The notes: generated from the letters alone by a model not told the origin. 64,000 nucleotides of DNA from Candidatus Dormiibacterota bacterium (GCA_963833055.1 CAWHWM010000004.1:391643-455642); one strand, 5' to 3'; positions 24,895 through 35,213 are shown, counted from the first letter of the stretch. Numbers and translations: made by a program.

Positions 24895-26871
24895 ATGACA
24901 GCGGGTACCGACGACCGGCGACGGGGGAGAGTGAGCCTCCGTCACCGCCTGGCGATCGCCGCGGCGGCGCTCGTCACCATTCCAGCCCTGCTCCCCGCAG
25001 GTGGCGCGGCGGCGGCCCCGGCGATCCATGCGGAGGTTCGCGTCGACCAGGTGGGATACGCCACCAACGCGACCAAGCGCGCCTACCTCATGACCTCCGC
25101 GGCAAGGCCCGGCGCCATGTTTCAGGTGGTGAGCTCGCATGGCGTGATCGCGTACGCGTCGACGGTCGGAGCGGATCAGGGAGCATGGAGCGCCTCGTAC
25201 CCGGACGTGTACGCGATGGATTTCAACGCCGTCCGTACCGCGGGTTCATATCACCTCGTGGTCACCGACGGGTCGATGGAAGTGCGCTCGCCGGCGTTTC
25301 GCATCGACACGCCGGCGCGGCTGTATCAGACAGCGATGGCGAATTCCCTCTCGTTCTACCAGAACGAGCGCGACGGCCCCGACTACATCCCCTCGGCGCT
25401 GCGCACCGCCCCCGGGCATCTCAACGACGAGGACGCGATGACGTATCTCATCCCGGCCGTCAACAGCAACGGCGATTTCAAGGGTGACCTCACACCGCTC
25501 GGCGTCACGATCGACGCTGCAGGCGGATGGTGGGACGCGGGCGACTACCTGAAGTTCACGGAGACGATCAGCTACGTCGTCGGCATGATGGAGACCGACG
25601 TCCGCGATTTCCCGAACCAGCTCGGCGCCGGGTCGGCCACATCGAACTACACCGCAGAGGCGGCGTTCGGCATCAACTGGCTCGAGCACATGTGGAACGA
25701 CAGCACCAAGACGCTGTACCTGCAGGTCGGCATCGGTGAGGGCAATAGCACGATCGTCGGCGACCACGACATCTGGCGCCTGCCGCAGGCGGACGACACC
25801 TACGGCGGCACCAACCCGGAGGATCGCTACATCCGCAACCGGCCGGTGTTCCGCGCCGGGGCGCCGGGGTCGCTCATCAGCCCCAACCTTGCTGGACGTC
25901 TGGCAGCGGACTTCGCGCTCTGCTACCAACTGGATCGGGTCACCGAGCCCACGCAGGCTGCCACGTGCCTCAAGGACGCCGAGGACATCTTCGCCCTCGC
26001 GGACACGCATCCCGGTCGCCTCCAGACGGCCATTCCCTACGACTTCTATCCCGAGAAGGAATGGCGCGACGACCTCGAATGGGGCGCCACCGAGATCTAT
26101 GACGCCCTGTCCGCCGGCCCGGTGCCGGCCGGTGTGCCGAACACCAATGCGATGGCCTACCTGCGCCAGGCCGCGCACTGGGCGCATGCGTACATCACCG
26201 GTCCCTACGACGCGGCGGACACGCTCAACCTCTACGACGTCACCGGGCTCGCGCACTTCGAGCTCTACAACGCGATCGAGCACGCCGGCAATCCGAGCGG
26301 TCTCGAGGTCACCAAACCGCAGCTGCTGGCGGACCTCCACAAGCAGCTCAACAAGGCTGTCGCGCAGAGCAACGCCGATCCATTCGGATTCGGCTTCCCG
26401 TGGGACGCCTTCGACACCACGAGTCACGGCGCGGGCCTGGTGGTGATGGCCGCGGAGTACGACGAGCTCACGGGGACCGATGCCTTTGCGTCGTATGACT
26501 CGCGATGGCTCGGCAACATCCTCGGCGCCAATGCCTGGGGCACGTCGCTGATCGTCGGCGACGGCACCACGTATCCCGACTGCATGCAGCATCAGGTCGC
26601 GAATCTCGTCGGGTCGCTCAACGGCAGCGCGCCGATCCTCGCGGGGGCCGCGGTGGAGGGGCCCAACTCCTTCGCGGCAACCGGTGTGGTCGCCGGCATG
26701 CGCACCTGCCCCGCCAACGGCGTCGACACGTTCGCGCAGTTCAACAGTGCCACCGCCGTGTACCAGGACAACGTCCAGTCGTGGTCCACGGACGAACCCG
26801 CGCTCGACCTCACTGCCGCGTCGCCGATGGCATTCGCGTGGCAGATCGACAACGACCCGAACGTTCCTTGA
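24895..26871 (+). CDS. Secreted glycoside hydrolase family 9 enzyme (endoglucanase or exo-glucosaminidase type) with an N-terminal Ig-like domain
   Basis: Arg-rich signal peptide (DDRRRGRVSLRHRLAIAAAALV...AAAPA). CelD_N-like segment VRVDQVGY. GH9 motifs GGWWDAGDYLKF and ALDLTAASP. Confidence 0.85.
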   Translation: MTAGTDDRRRGRVSLRHRLAIAAAALVTIPALLPAGGAAAAPAIHAEVRVDQVGYATNATKRAYLMTSAARPGAMFQVVSSHGVIAYASTVGADQGAWSASYPDVYAMDFNAVRTAGSYHLVVTDGSMEVRSPAFRIDTPARLYQTAMANSLSFYQNERDGPDYIPSALRTAPGHLNDEDAMTYLIPAVNSNGDFKGDLTPLGVTIDAAGGWWDAGDYLKFTETISYVVGMMETDVRDFPNQLGAGSATSNYTAEAAFGINWLEHMWNDSTKTLYLQVGIGEGNSTIVGDHDIWRLPQADDTYGGTNPEDRYIRNRPVFRAGAPGSLISPNLAGRLAADFALCYQLDRVTEPTQAATCLKDAEDIFALADTHPGRLQTAIPYDFYPEKEWRDDLEWGATEIYDALSAGPVPAGVPNTNAMAYLRQAAHWAHAYITGPYDAADTLNLYDVTGLAHFELYNAIEHAGNPSGLEVTKPQLLADLHKQLNKAVAQSNADPFGFGFPWDAFDTTSHGAGLVVMAAEYDELTGTDAFASYDSRWLGNILGANAWGTSLIVGDGTTYPDCMQHQVANLVGSLNGSAPILAGAAVEGPNSFAATGVVAGMRTCPANGVDTFAQFNSATAVYQDNVQSWSTDEPALDLTAASPMAFAWQIDNDPNVP

Positions 26872-26935
26872 CGGTCTTGCAGCAGGATGCTGTAGACAAC
26901 CACCCTTACTAACCATCGTCGGGAGAGACAACTCG

Positions 26936-28204
26936 ATGCCGGCACCGGAAGCGGCGAAGCCCAGCCTGCTTCGCGCCATCAACCTGCGCACCACCTTCGA
27001 GCTGGTGCATGCGGGCGGCCCCGTGGCAGCTCCGCACGTCGTCCGCAGCACGGGGCTCTCCAAGCCGACTGTCTCCGAGGTCCTCGGGCAGCTCGTCGAC
27101 CTCGGACTGCTCCGCAGGGTCGGACGCACCAGCGGGCTGCCGGGCCCGAGCGCGCAGCTGTATGACGTGAACCCGCGCGCCGGGTGGGTGTTGAGCCTCG
27201 ACGTCGGCCGTGAGTGGGTCCGAGCGGCGCTCGTGGATCTCACCGGCACGGTGGTGGGCAGATGCGCCAACCGGACGCCGCGCACCACGGCGAAGGCGGT
27301 CATCTCACAGCTGCGCCAGGCGGCGGAGACGCTGACGAGCGAAGCCGGCATCGGTCTCGAGGACATCAACCAGGTTGTCGTCGGCACACCGGGCGTCCTG
27401 CGACCCGGCGCTGATCACCTGTCGCTGGCGCCGCAGCTCGCGGGCTGGGAGAGCCCGAAGGTGATCCCTGCAATCCGCGAAGCGCTGATCGCGCCGGTCA
27501 TCTTCGAGAACGACGTCAACATGGCGGCCGTCGGCGAGCACGTCCACGGCGTCGCCCAGGACAGCGAGGACTTCGTGTTGCTCTCCGTGGGCAGCGGCGT
27601 CGGCACGGGAGCGTATGTCGACGGCGCGCTGCGACGCGGTGCGGCGGGTCTCGCCGGGGAGATCGGCTTTCTCCGTCTCGACCTCGGCGCCGAGGTGCGT
27701 GCCGGCCATCGCGCGACATGGGGAACCGGTGCGTACGAGAGCCTTGTCGGTTCCGCCGCCATCGTCGCGCTGGCGCGCGAGAGCGGGATGCGCTCGGCAG
27801 GTTCAGTCGCGGCGATCTTCGATGCGGCGCGTCACGGCGACCCCAAGGCAGATCAGGTTGTCCGTATCGAGGCGAATCGCCTCGCCCATGCGATCGCGGC
27901 CGTGGCCGCCGTGCTCGACCCGGAGCTCGTCGTGCTCGGCGGCGGGATCGGTACGGGCGGCGGCGATCTCCTGCTCCGGCCGATCGGCGAGGCGCTCGCA
28001 TCGATCTCGCCCTTCTCGCCGCGGCTCGAGGTGTCGACGCTCGGCGTCGATGCGGTCATCGCGGGCTGCAGCACGACGGGTTTGCGACTCGCGTTCGATC
28101 GCATCTTCGGCTCGGACACCCCGATCGCGCGAACAGCGATCGACCTCATGAAAGTTCGCGAGCAACGCCGCAGCGAGGACACTCCCGCCGACAAGAGCGC
28201 ATGA
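26936..28204 (+). CDS. ROK-family transcriptional regulator (NagC/Mlc-like)
   Basis: N-terminal wHTH (LLRAINLRTTFELV...STGLSKPTVSEVLGQLVDLGLL) followed by a ROK sugar-kinase-like domain. SD GGGAGAG precedes the ATG at 26936. Confidence 0.85.
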   Translation: MPAPEAAKPSLLRAINLRTTFELVHAGGPVAAPHVVRSTGLSKPTVSEVLGQLVDLGLLRRVGRTSGLPGPSAQLYDVNPRAGWVLSLDVGREWVRAALVDLTGTVVGRCANRTPRTTAKAVISQLRQAAETLTSEAGIGLEDINQVVVGTPGVLRPGADHLSLAPQLAGWESPKVIPAIREALIAPVIFENDVNMAAVGEHVHGVAQDSEDFVLLSVGSGVGTGAYVDGALRRGAAGLAGEIGFLRLDLGAEVRAGHRATWGTGAYESLVGSAAIVALARESGMRSAGSVAAIFDAARHGDPKADQVVRIEANRLAHAIAAVAAVLDPELVVLGGGIGTGGGDLLLRPIGEALASISPFSPRLEVSTLGVDAVIAGCSTTGLRLAFDRIFGSDTPIARTAIDLMKVREQRRSEDTPADKSA

Positions 28205-29461
28205 AAGTAGCGGTTGTCGGCGGGGGCAGCACCTATAGCCCCGAACTGGTGGACGGCTTCGGTCGCATCGGCGATCGCCTCGACATCGACGAATTGGTGC
28301 TCCAGGACACGGATCCGGAACGCCTCGAGGTCGTGGGAGGCGCGGCGCAGCGCATCGCACGCGCACATGGCTTCCACGGGCAGCTCACGTTGACCGGCGA
28401 CCTGGATGCGGCAATCGAAGGGGCGTCGGCCGTGCTGCTGCAGATCCGAGTCGGTGGTCAGGCAGCGCGCCACACCGATGAGACCATCCCGCTCCGCTGC
28501 GGTTGTGTCGGTCAGGAGACGACCGGGCGCAGGCGGCTTTGCCAAGGCACTGCGCACGGTTCCGGTGGTGCTCGACATCGCCGATCGTGTGCGCCGGCTC
28601 GCCGCCGATGACGCCTGGATCATCGATTTCACCAACCCCGTCGGCATCGTGACCCGCGCACTGCTGGACCACGGCCATCGCGCCGTGGGGCTGTGCAATG
28701 TCGCGATCGGCTTTCAGCGCCTGTTCGCCGGATGGCTGGACGTCGAACCCGAGTCGGTGCACCTCGGACACGCGGGGCTGAATCACCTCACCTGGATCCG
28801 TTCGGTCGACGTGAACGGCGAGGATGTGCTGCCCGAGCTGCTGCGCACACACGGCGACGACATCGCCGAGCACGTCGAGCTGCCCCGGCGGATCATCGAC
28901 AACCTCGGCGCCGTTCCCTCGTATTACCTGCGCTACTACTACCAGCACGACCTCGTCGTGGAGGAGCTGCTCGAATCGCCGAGCCGCGCCGAGGAGGTCA
29001 TGCAGATCGAGAACGAGCTGCTGCGGCTCTATCGGGATCCGCAGCTGCACGACAAGCCGGAGATCCTGATGCAGCGTGGCGGCGCCTATTACAGCGAGGC
29101 GGCGATCAACCTGCTCAACGGGCTCTTCGGCGACAGTGACGAAGTTCAAGTCGTTGATGTCAGAAACAACGGGATCATCCCGTCGCTTCCTGAGGACGCG
29201 GTGATCGAGGTTCCGGCTCGAGTGGATGCCACAGGTGCTGTGCCATTGCCCGTGCCGGCACTGCCCCCGCACCAGGCGGGCCTGGTGGCGCACGTCGCCG
29301 CATATGAGGCGCTCGCGGCTGCAGCTGCCGTGAGCGGCGATCGCGAGGTGGCGTTTCGCGCGCTGCTCACGCATCCGCTGATCGGTCAGAGCGGACTCGC
29401 CGAGCAGTTGCTGACCGATCTGCTCGCCGCCAACCGCAAATACCTCCCGGCATTCGCATGA
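28201..29461 (+). pseudogene. Glycoside hydrolase family 4 (6-phospho-beta-glucosidase / ChbF-like) with a +1 frame disruption near 28525-28530
   Basis: MKVAVVGGGSTYSPELV...LLQIRVGGQAARHTDETIPLRCGCVGQETTG is in frame 1. It continues as AGGFAKALRTVPVVLDIA...GLCNV...GLNHLTW in frame 2. Length is 3n+1. Confidence 0.8.
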
Positions 29462-30465
29462 ACACGCGAGAGCTGATCGTCGCAGTGGACGGCGGCAACT
29501 CCAAGACCGATGTCCTGCTCCTGCATGCGGATGGCACGGTTCTTGCCTCCGTGCGCGGAGGAGGTTCGTCGCCGCATCAGCTCGGGCTCGGTCCGGCGAT
29601 CGACGTGGTGGAGACGCTCGTCGATCGCGCATGGACCGAAGCCGGCCTGCCGATCCGTGATGGATCGAAGGCAGGTGTCGCCGCGGTCTTCATGGCAGGC
29701 GCCGACCTCCCGTCCGAAGAGCGCGCGCTCGCGGACGCGGTCATCGCTCGAGGGTGGGCCGAGCAGAACCATGTCGCCAATGACGTGTTCGCGGTTTTGT
29801 GGGCGGCGACGGGTTCGGGGTACGGCGTGGCGGTGACCGTGGGCGCCGGCGTGAACTGCGTCGGCACGTCGCCGACTGGTCGCCGCGCATGGTTCCCGGC
29901 ACTTGGCGATATCACCGGGGACTGGGGCGGCGGGCCGGATATCGGCATGGCCGCGCTGGGAGCGGGCGTGCGCAGCGAGGACGGCCGCGGGCCCGCGACG
30001 TCGCTTGCCGGTGCCGTCGCTGCGTACTTCGGATGCGAGACCGCACTCGACGTGGCAGTCGCGATCCACCAGGGCGATCTCGCGGCGGCGCGGCTCATCG
30101 AGCTCCCGCCCCTTGTGGTGAGCGCGGCAGAGGCGGGTGATCCGGAGGCGCTCGCGATCATGCGCCGTCAGGGATCCGAGGTCACCCGGCTCGCGGTCGC
30201 AGCGCTCCACCAACTCGACATGACCGATTCGCCGGTCCAGGTGGTGCTCGGCGGGTCGGTGCTCACCTCGAGCGGCTCGATCCTCCTCGATGACATCTCG
30301 ACGAGCATCCGGGCTGAAGCACCCAAGGCGGAGACAAGCCTGTGCACCACGCGGCCTGTTGTGGGCGCCGCGCTTGCCGGACTTTCGCTGGCAGGCGCCG
30401 ACGGCAGCGCGCAGTCACGGTTGCGCGGCTGGCTCGATCACATGCCGGTGGAGGAGGCGTCATGA
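29458..30465 (+). CDS. BadF/BadG/BcrA/BcrD-type ATPase (N-acetylglucosamine/glucosamine kinase-like)
   Basis: LIVAVDGGNSKTDVLL N-terminal phosphate-1 motif and a GGS.L segment near the C-terminus. ATGA overlap with the GH4 gene. Confidence 0.75.
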   Translation: MNTRELIVAVDGGNSKTDVLLLHADGTVLASVRGGGSSPHQLGLGPAIDVVETLVDRAWTEAGLPIRDGSKAGVAAVFMAGADLPSEERALADAVIARGWAEQNHVANDVFAVLWAATGSGYGVAVTVGAGVNCVGTSPTGRRAWFPALGDITGDWGGGPDIGMAALGAGVRSEDGRGPATSLAGAVAAYFGCETALDVAVAIHQGDLAAARLIELPPLVVSAAEAGDPEALAIMRRQGSEVTRLAVAALHQLDMTDSPVQVVLGGSVLTSSGSILLDDISTSIRAEAPKAETSLCTTRPVVGAALAGLSLAGADGSAQSRLRGWLDHMPVEEAS

Positions 30466-31484
30466 ACGGCGAGCACATGGCAGCCGAGATGGCCGAACAG
30501 CCTGCGGTGCTTCGCCGGTTGCTGGAGCGCCGCGCAGCGGTGACAGCGTCTGTACGCGAGCTGCTGCCGGAGCACCTCTGCGGCACGGTCCTGCTCGCAC
30601 GCGGCTCGTCGGACACGGCGGCGCTGTACGGGCGATACCTGTTCGAGATGTCGAGCGGACGGCCCGTGGCGCTGGCGTCGCCGAGCCTGCACACCCTCTA
30701 TCGCATCCCCGCCGATCATCGCGGCTATCTCGCGGTCGGGATCAGTCAATCGGGGCGCACCCCGGAGGTCGTCAGCGTGCTCGAGCGGATGCGCGCCACC
30801 GGGGCGCGCACCGTCGCGATCGTCAACGGCGCGCCGAGCCCGCTCGGAGATGTGGCCGATGTTGTCATCGACCTCGGTGCGGGCGGCGAAGTCGCCGTCC
30901 CCGCAACCAAGACCTTCACCGCGACGCTCATGGCGCTGGCACTCGTCGCCTCGGCGATGGGCACAGTCCCCTGGAGCGATGACGACCTGGACGCCCTGCC
31001 CCGGCACGTAGGTCAGGTCCTCGGCGACGGAGCTCGTGCCGAGATGGTTGCGCGCCGGCTCGATGGCGCCGACCGCGTGCTCACCGTCGCGCGCGGGCCG
31101 TTGCTCGCCGCCGCGAGCGAGACGGCGTTGAAGATCCGTGAGACGTCGGCGATCTTTGCGGAGGCCTTCTCGGCAGCCGATCTTCGCCATGGACCGATCG
31201 CCGCAGTGACTCCGGATGTCCCAGTGCTTGCGTTCTCGACGGCAGGCCCCGCTGCAGGCGATGTTGCCGCGCTGACGGCGCTCTTGCGCGAACGCGGGGT
31301 CACGGTGAGCACCATCGGCTCGGAACCCGGCGCCGACCTCGCGTTGCCGCGTGATGTTCCCGAGGCGCTGCAACCGGTTGTCGCCGCGGTGCGCGGCCAG
31401 CAGATCGCTCTGGGAGCGGCCCTCGCGCGACACCGCGACCCCGATGCGCCCGCCGGTCTCACGAAGGTGACGCTGACGCGCTGA
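30462..31484 (+). CDS. SIS-domain sugar isomerase/deaminase (GlmS C-terminal-like, NagB-II/AgaS type)
   Basis: MAAEMAEQPAVL start, tandem SIS motifs (VGISQSGRTPEVV, ATKTFTA), and ATGA overlap with the kinase gene. Confidence 0.8.
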   Translation: MNGEHMAAEMAEQPAVLRRLLERRAAVTASVRELLPEHLCGTVLLARGSSDTAALYGRYLFEMSSGRPVALASPSLHTLYRIPADHRGYLAVGISQSGRTPEVVSVLERMRATGARTVAIVNGAPSPLGDVADVVIDLGAGGEVAVPATKTFTATLMALALVASAMGTVPWSDDDLDALPRHVGQVLGDGARAEMVARRLDGADRVLTVARGPLLAAASETALKIRETSAIFAEAFSAADLRHGPIAAVTPDVPVLAFSTAGPAAGDVAALTALLRERGVTVSTIGSEPGADLALPRDVPEALQPVVAAVRGQQIALGAALARHRDPDAPAGLTKVTLTR

Positions 31485-31488
31485 CCGC

Positions 31489-32292
31489 CTACAGACCGGC
31501 GAAGAGGCTGGTCTCCGGCCGCGGCTCACCGAGCGTCCCGCGGGCGATGATGAACCGCTCGGTCCCGAGCGTCGCCTCGAAGATCTGCGCCGCGATGGTC
31601 GAGAACGGGCTGTCGGTCTCGTACTGGCTGAGATGGGCATGAAACGCCGCGCGCTTCTGCTCGAGGAACGCCGAGACATCGACATCCGTGGTGATCTCCT
31701 CATCGGGGATTCCCACGATCTGACCGACCTCGATGGGCAGGTCGGCGCCGGAGTCGCGCGCCCGCTGCTCGATGCGCAGGACGGCGCTCCGCGGCACCGC
31801 GTGCATGTACGCCTTCGCAGGCGCCCAGCCCTCCGCATGCAGGAGATCCAGCGCGGCGAACGTGGTCAGATGCGCCTTCACGTGGTCGGGGTGCCAGTAC
31901 GTGCCGTCCGGGGTGTATGTCACCACCACGTCCGGACGCTCCTCACGAAGGACGTTCGCGACTCGCCCGGCCGTCTCGGCGAGCGGCGCCGCGTGGAAGG
32001 CGCGCGGATCGTCGTTGCTCGGTGCGCCGGCCATGCCGGAATCGCGATAGCCGAGAAATTCCTGGCGGTCGACGCCGAGGATCGCGCAGGAACGCATCAG
32101 CTCCTCGGTGCGAACCTCCGCAAGTCGGGGACGCACCGCCGCCGCATCCATGTTGTGGATGTCGCCTTCCTCGCCTCGCGTTGCGGTGAGCAGCACGACG
32201 CGGATGCCCTCGTGATGCGCGCGCAGCATGACGCCACCGGTGGCGATGCACTCATCGTCGGGATGCGCGTGTACGAGCAGCAGTGTGGTCAT
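31489..32292 (-). CDS. PIG-L/LmbE-family N-acetylglucosaminyl deacetylase (MshB/Mca-like)
   Basis: LLVHAHPDDECIATGG zinc-binding motif and HPDH further downstream. Confidence 0.8.
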   Translation of the reverse strand: MTTLLLVHAHPDDECIATGGVMLRAHHEGIRVVLLTATRGEEGDIHNMDAAAVRPRLAEVRTEELMRSCAILGVDRQEFLGYRDSGMAGAPSNDDPRAFHAAPLAETAGRVANVLREERPDVVVTYTPDGTYWHPDHVKAHLTTFAALDLLHAEGWAPAKAYMHAVPRSAVLRIEQRARDSGADLPIEVGQIVGIPDEEITTDVDVSAFLEQKRAAFHAHLSQYETDSPFSTIAAQIFEATLGTERFIIARGTLGEPRPETSLFAGL

Positions 32293-32305
32293 GTCAGATC
32301 CGCCG

Positions 32306-33946
32306 TCAGGCGAGGTCTGAGACTACTCGATTCCTTCCCTGGTGCTTCGCTGCGTAGAGGTTGCGATCGGCCTGGCCCAGCAGCCCCGCCTGGCTCGTGC
32401 GCCCGCTCTGGAGCACGGTGAACCCGACACTCGCGGTCACGACTTCGCCCGTCATCGCGCCGTCCCACCGCACCAACTCGATCGCCTGACGCACGTCCTC
32501 GCAGCGTCGCAGTGCTTCGTCGATCTCGATGGCTGGGAAGACGAGCAGGAACTCCTCGCCGCCCATGCGCGCGGCCCAGCCGGATTCGGCCGTGGCGGCG
32601 GCAAGGATGCCCGACACGCGGACGAGCACCTTGTCACCGACGGCATGTGAGAAGCGGTCGTTCACCGCTTTGAAATGGTCGAGGTCGACGAGGCCGATCG
32701 ACAGTGGCGAGCCGTCCTCTCGCGAGCGTGCGAGCAGGATCGGCAGCTCCGTGTCGACATGACGCCGGTTGCGCAGTCCGGTCAATGCATCGCGCAAGGA
32801 CAGCTCGCGGAACCGCTCGCCCTCGCGCCGTGCCTCGGTGGTCTCGAAGACCGCCTGCAGCGTGCGAGCGTTCGCCTCGCGCTGTGCGGCTCGAAGCGCT
32901 GCATCCTCAGCGTGGAAATCGATGTACTGCTCGTACGCGCGCTGGAACAATCCCTGCGCGGCGAACAGGGCTGCGCGCTCTTCGAGCGCCTCAACACGGA
33001 TCGCCACCATCCCTCGGGCGGCGCACACCTGGATGCAGCGCTCGAGCGTGGCATCCGCATCCGACATGTGCCCCTGCATGCGCTGCGCACTCGCCGCAGT
33101 GTTCAGCGCCTCACCAAGTCCCTCGATCGGACGCGACTCGAGATCCGGGTCGTCGAGGATTGGACGCAGCGTCGCCTCCGCCTCGGCAAAGAGGCCCAGC
33201 TTCAACTGCGCGTTCGCGATCGTGTCCAGGCAGGCGGCGTCGAGGGTCACGTTGTGGCGGGCGGCAAACGCCTCCATCCGCTTGGCGATCTCCATCGACT
33301 GATGCGGGTCGCCCGCGTCGTCCTCGAGCCAGGCGAGGTTGTTGAGGATCTTGACCCGCAACGGGACGTCCTCGAGCCCGTCCGCGAGCTGCAGCGCAGC
33401 GCGATATCGCTCGCGCGCGGCATCCCACGCGCCGGTGCGGACGAGCACCTGTCCGAGCCCGAAGAGATGGTCGGCGCGCATCCGCTCCGACATCGTGTCA
33501 TCGAGCAGCTCAACGGCCGGCACCGCATGTTCCCACGCGCTCGGGACATCACCGATGAAGTCGAAGAAGACGGAAAGCAAGCGGTGGCTCCGGGCCATGA
33601 GATGGCGCTGGTCGCGCTCGGTTGCCCACTCGTTGATCTCTCTGATCAGCTGCCCGCTGGCGGTGTGCTTGCCCTTGCGGCAGAGCACGTCGGCCTGGAT
33701 CAGCTGCGCGCGCCGCTGCGCGACCTCGTCGCCAAGGGCGTGTGCGCGGCGCTCGAGCGCCATCGCCGGCGCGTATGCCGCGTCTGGATCCGAGAACGGC
33801 ACGAGCTCCAGGAAGTCGAGCTCACTTTCCAGCCGCTGCAGCCGTCGCCGGACGGCGGGCGAGGCCGATGCCGAGCCGTCGGCCTCCGGCGCGCCTGCGA
33901 TGACATGGAGCTTGGGCGCAGCGGCTCCGCCTGGATGAGCAGCCAT
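32306..33946 (-). CDS. Diguanylate cyclase with an N-terminal TPR-like sensor region
   Basis: C-terminal GGDEF domain with RNRRH, DLDHFKAVND and active site GGEEF. The N-terminal roughly 350 aa are helical repeats. Confidence 0.85.
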   Translation of the reverse strand: MAAHPGGAAAPKLHVIAGAPEADGSASASPAVRRRLQRLESELDFLELVPFSDPDAAYAPAMALERRAHALGDEVAQRRAQLIQADVLCRKGKHTASGQLIREINEWATERDQRHLMARSHRLLSVFFDFIGDVPSAWEHAVPAVELLDDTMSERMRADHLFGLGQVLVRTGAWDAARERYRAALQLADGLEDVPLRVKILNNLAWLEDDAGDPHQSMEIAKRMEAFAARHNVTLDAACLDTIANAQLKLGLFAEAEATLRPILDDPDLESRPIEGLGEALNTAASAQRMQGHMSDADATLERCIQVCAARGMVAIRVEALEERAALFAAQGLFQRAYEQYIDFHAEDAALRAAQREANARTLQAVFETTEARREGERFRELSLRDALTGLRNRRHVDTELPILLARSREDGSPLSIGLVDLDHFKAVNDRFSHAVGDKVLVRVSGILAAATAESGWAARMGGEEFLLVFPAIEIDEALRRCEDVRQAIELVRWDGAMTGEVVTASVGFTVLQSGRTSQAGLLGQADRNLYAAKHQGRNRVVSDLA

Positions 33947-34106
33947 GACGACGACGATAGGTCGCGCCTGTTGATGCCTCCGCTCGATTGGTGCTCTGTC
34001 ACAACAACGTGGTCCAGTCCGACATCGCCAAGCGTGGTGTGACTTCTCCGTTACAGCGGCGCCGTTGTGCGTGGGCTGAGCAGCGCCGGCGGGCGCAACG
34101 GAGGCG

Positions 34107-35153
34107 TCAGCCGATCGCGGTGGGCGTGTCGAGCTGCTGCCACGTCGATCCGTCGAGCTCCCAGAGATGCACCGGTTGCGCAGCGACAGCGCTGCTCGGC
34201 ATGGCCGACCCGACGATCAGGAGCCGGCCCGTGGTCGTGTCGGTGAGCTCGGCCACCGGCTCGAACGGAAGGCGCGCGACGTCCATCAGCGTCCATGTGT
34301 GCCCCGTCCATGAGGCGAGGACCGGAAGTCCCAGCATCGGGCCGCAGTTGCAGAGCGCGACACGGCTGATGGCTGGATCGAGTGCAAGGTACGAGCCCGG
34401 CAGCGGCTCGGCCGTGCCGGCGAGCTGCAGCCATCGCTGTCCGTCCCAGCGCCACGTGGTGTCGAGCGCGCCGAGTGGCGAAACCGGCATCGAGCAGCAC
34501 CCCTCGGCGATCAGTGACTGTGTCACCGGATCGAACGCCATGGGCAGATCGAACGCGCTCGGAGCCACGGCGCCGTGCACCTTGTATCCCCAGTGCGAGC
34601 CGCTCCAGACCCAGGTCTGATCGCCGTTCGCAGTGTTCCCCGCGGCCGTGACGAGCACCATCTCGTTGAGCGCGTCGTCCCACGCCATCGACGCGCCCCC
34701 GCCGGCCGGAGGACCGGAGGCGCCGTTGTTCAACTCGTGCCAGGTCTGGCCGTCCCACGCCCATGTGTCGTTGAGCGCCGGACCGCCGGTGAATGGAGCG
34801 TTCTGGCCGCCGAAGAGCAGCACCTCGTCGATCTGGGGATCGAAGGCTGCCGCTGCATCGATGCGCCCCGACGGGCTGCTCGAGGGACTGGCCAGAGCCC
34901 AGTGGCTCTCGCTCCAGATCCACGTGCTGGCGTAGTCGTCGACGCCGCCGAAGATGACGATCTGGTGGCTTGCCGGGTCATCGGCGACCGTGAACCCGGA
35001 GCCTGAAACAGGGCCGGCGGGGACCGGCGTCGGTAACGCCGAGGGGGTCGGCGCCGGAGCGGGAGCGGGCTTCTGCGCATTCGAGATCACCAGGCCGGCA
35101 ACCGCCGCCACTGCGATCACCCCCACGAACATCGCGGACGATGTCAGGCGCAT
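34107..35153 (-). CDS. Secreted Kelch-repeat beta-propeller protein
   Basis: Signal/TM MRLTSSAMFVGVIAVAAVAGLVIS. Repeated units of the form ..FGG....DTW.W.G..W. An alternative start lies at 35204. Confidence 0.7.
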   Translation of the reverse strand: MRLTSSAMFVGVIAVAAVAGLVISNAQKPAPAPAPTPSALPTPVPAGPVSGSGFTVADDPASHQIVIFGGVDDYASTWIWSESHWALASPSSSPSGRIDAAAAFDPQIDEVLLFGGQNAPFTGGPALNDTWAWDGQTWHELNNGASGPPAGGGASMAWDDALNEMVLVTAAGNTANGDQTWVWSGSHWGYKVHGAVAPSAFDLPMAFDPVTQSLIAEGCCSMPVSPLGALDTTWRWDGQRWLQLAGTAEPLPGSYLALDPAISRVALCNCGPMLGLPVLASWTGHTWTLMDVARLPFEPVAELTDTTTGRLLIVGSAMPSSAVAAQPVHLWELDGSTWQQLDTPTAIG

Positions 35154-35213
35154 GCAGGGTCGCTCCGCTCGCTCACACCGCCCATGGTCCGCCTTCCCCG
35201 GCACAATCGTCGA

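Noticed and set aside
25246-27387. 713-aa minus-strand ORF
   Set aside because: It is antisense to the GH9 and ROK genes, which have strong family motifs. It shows no motifs of its own.
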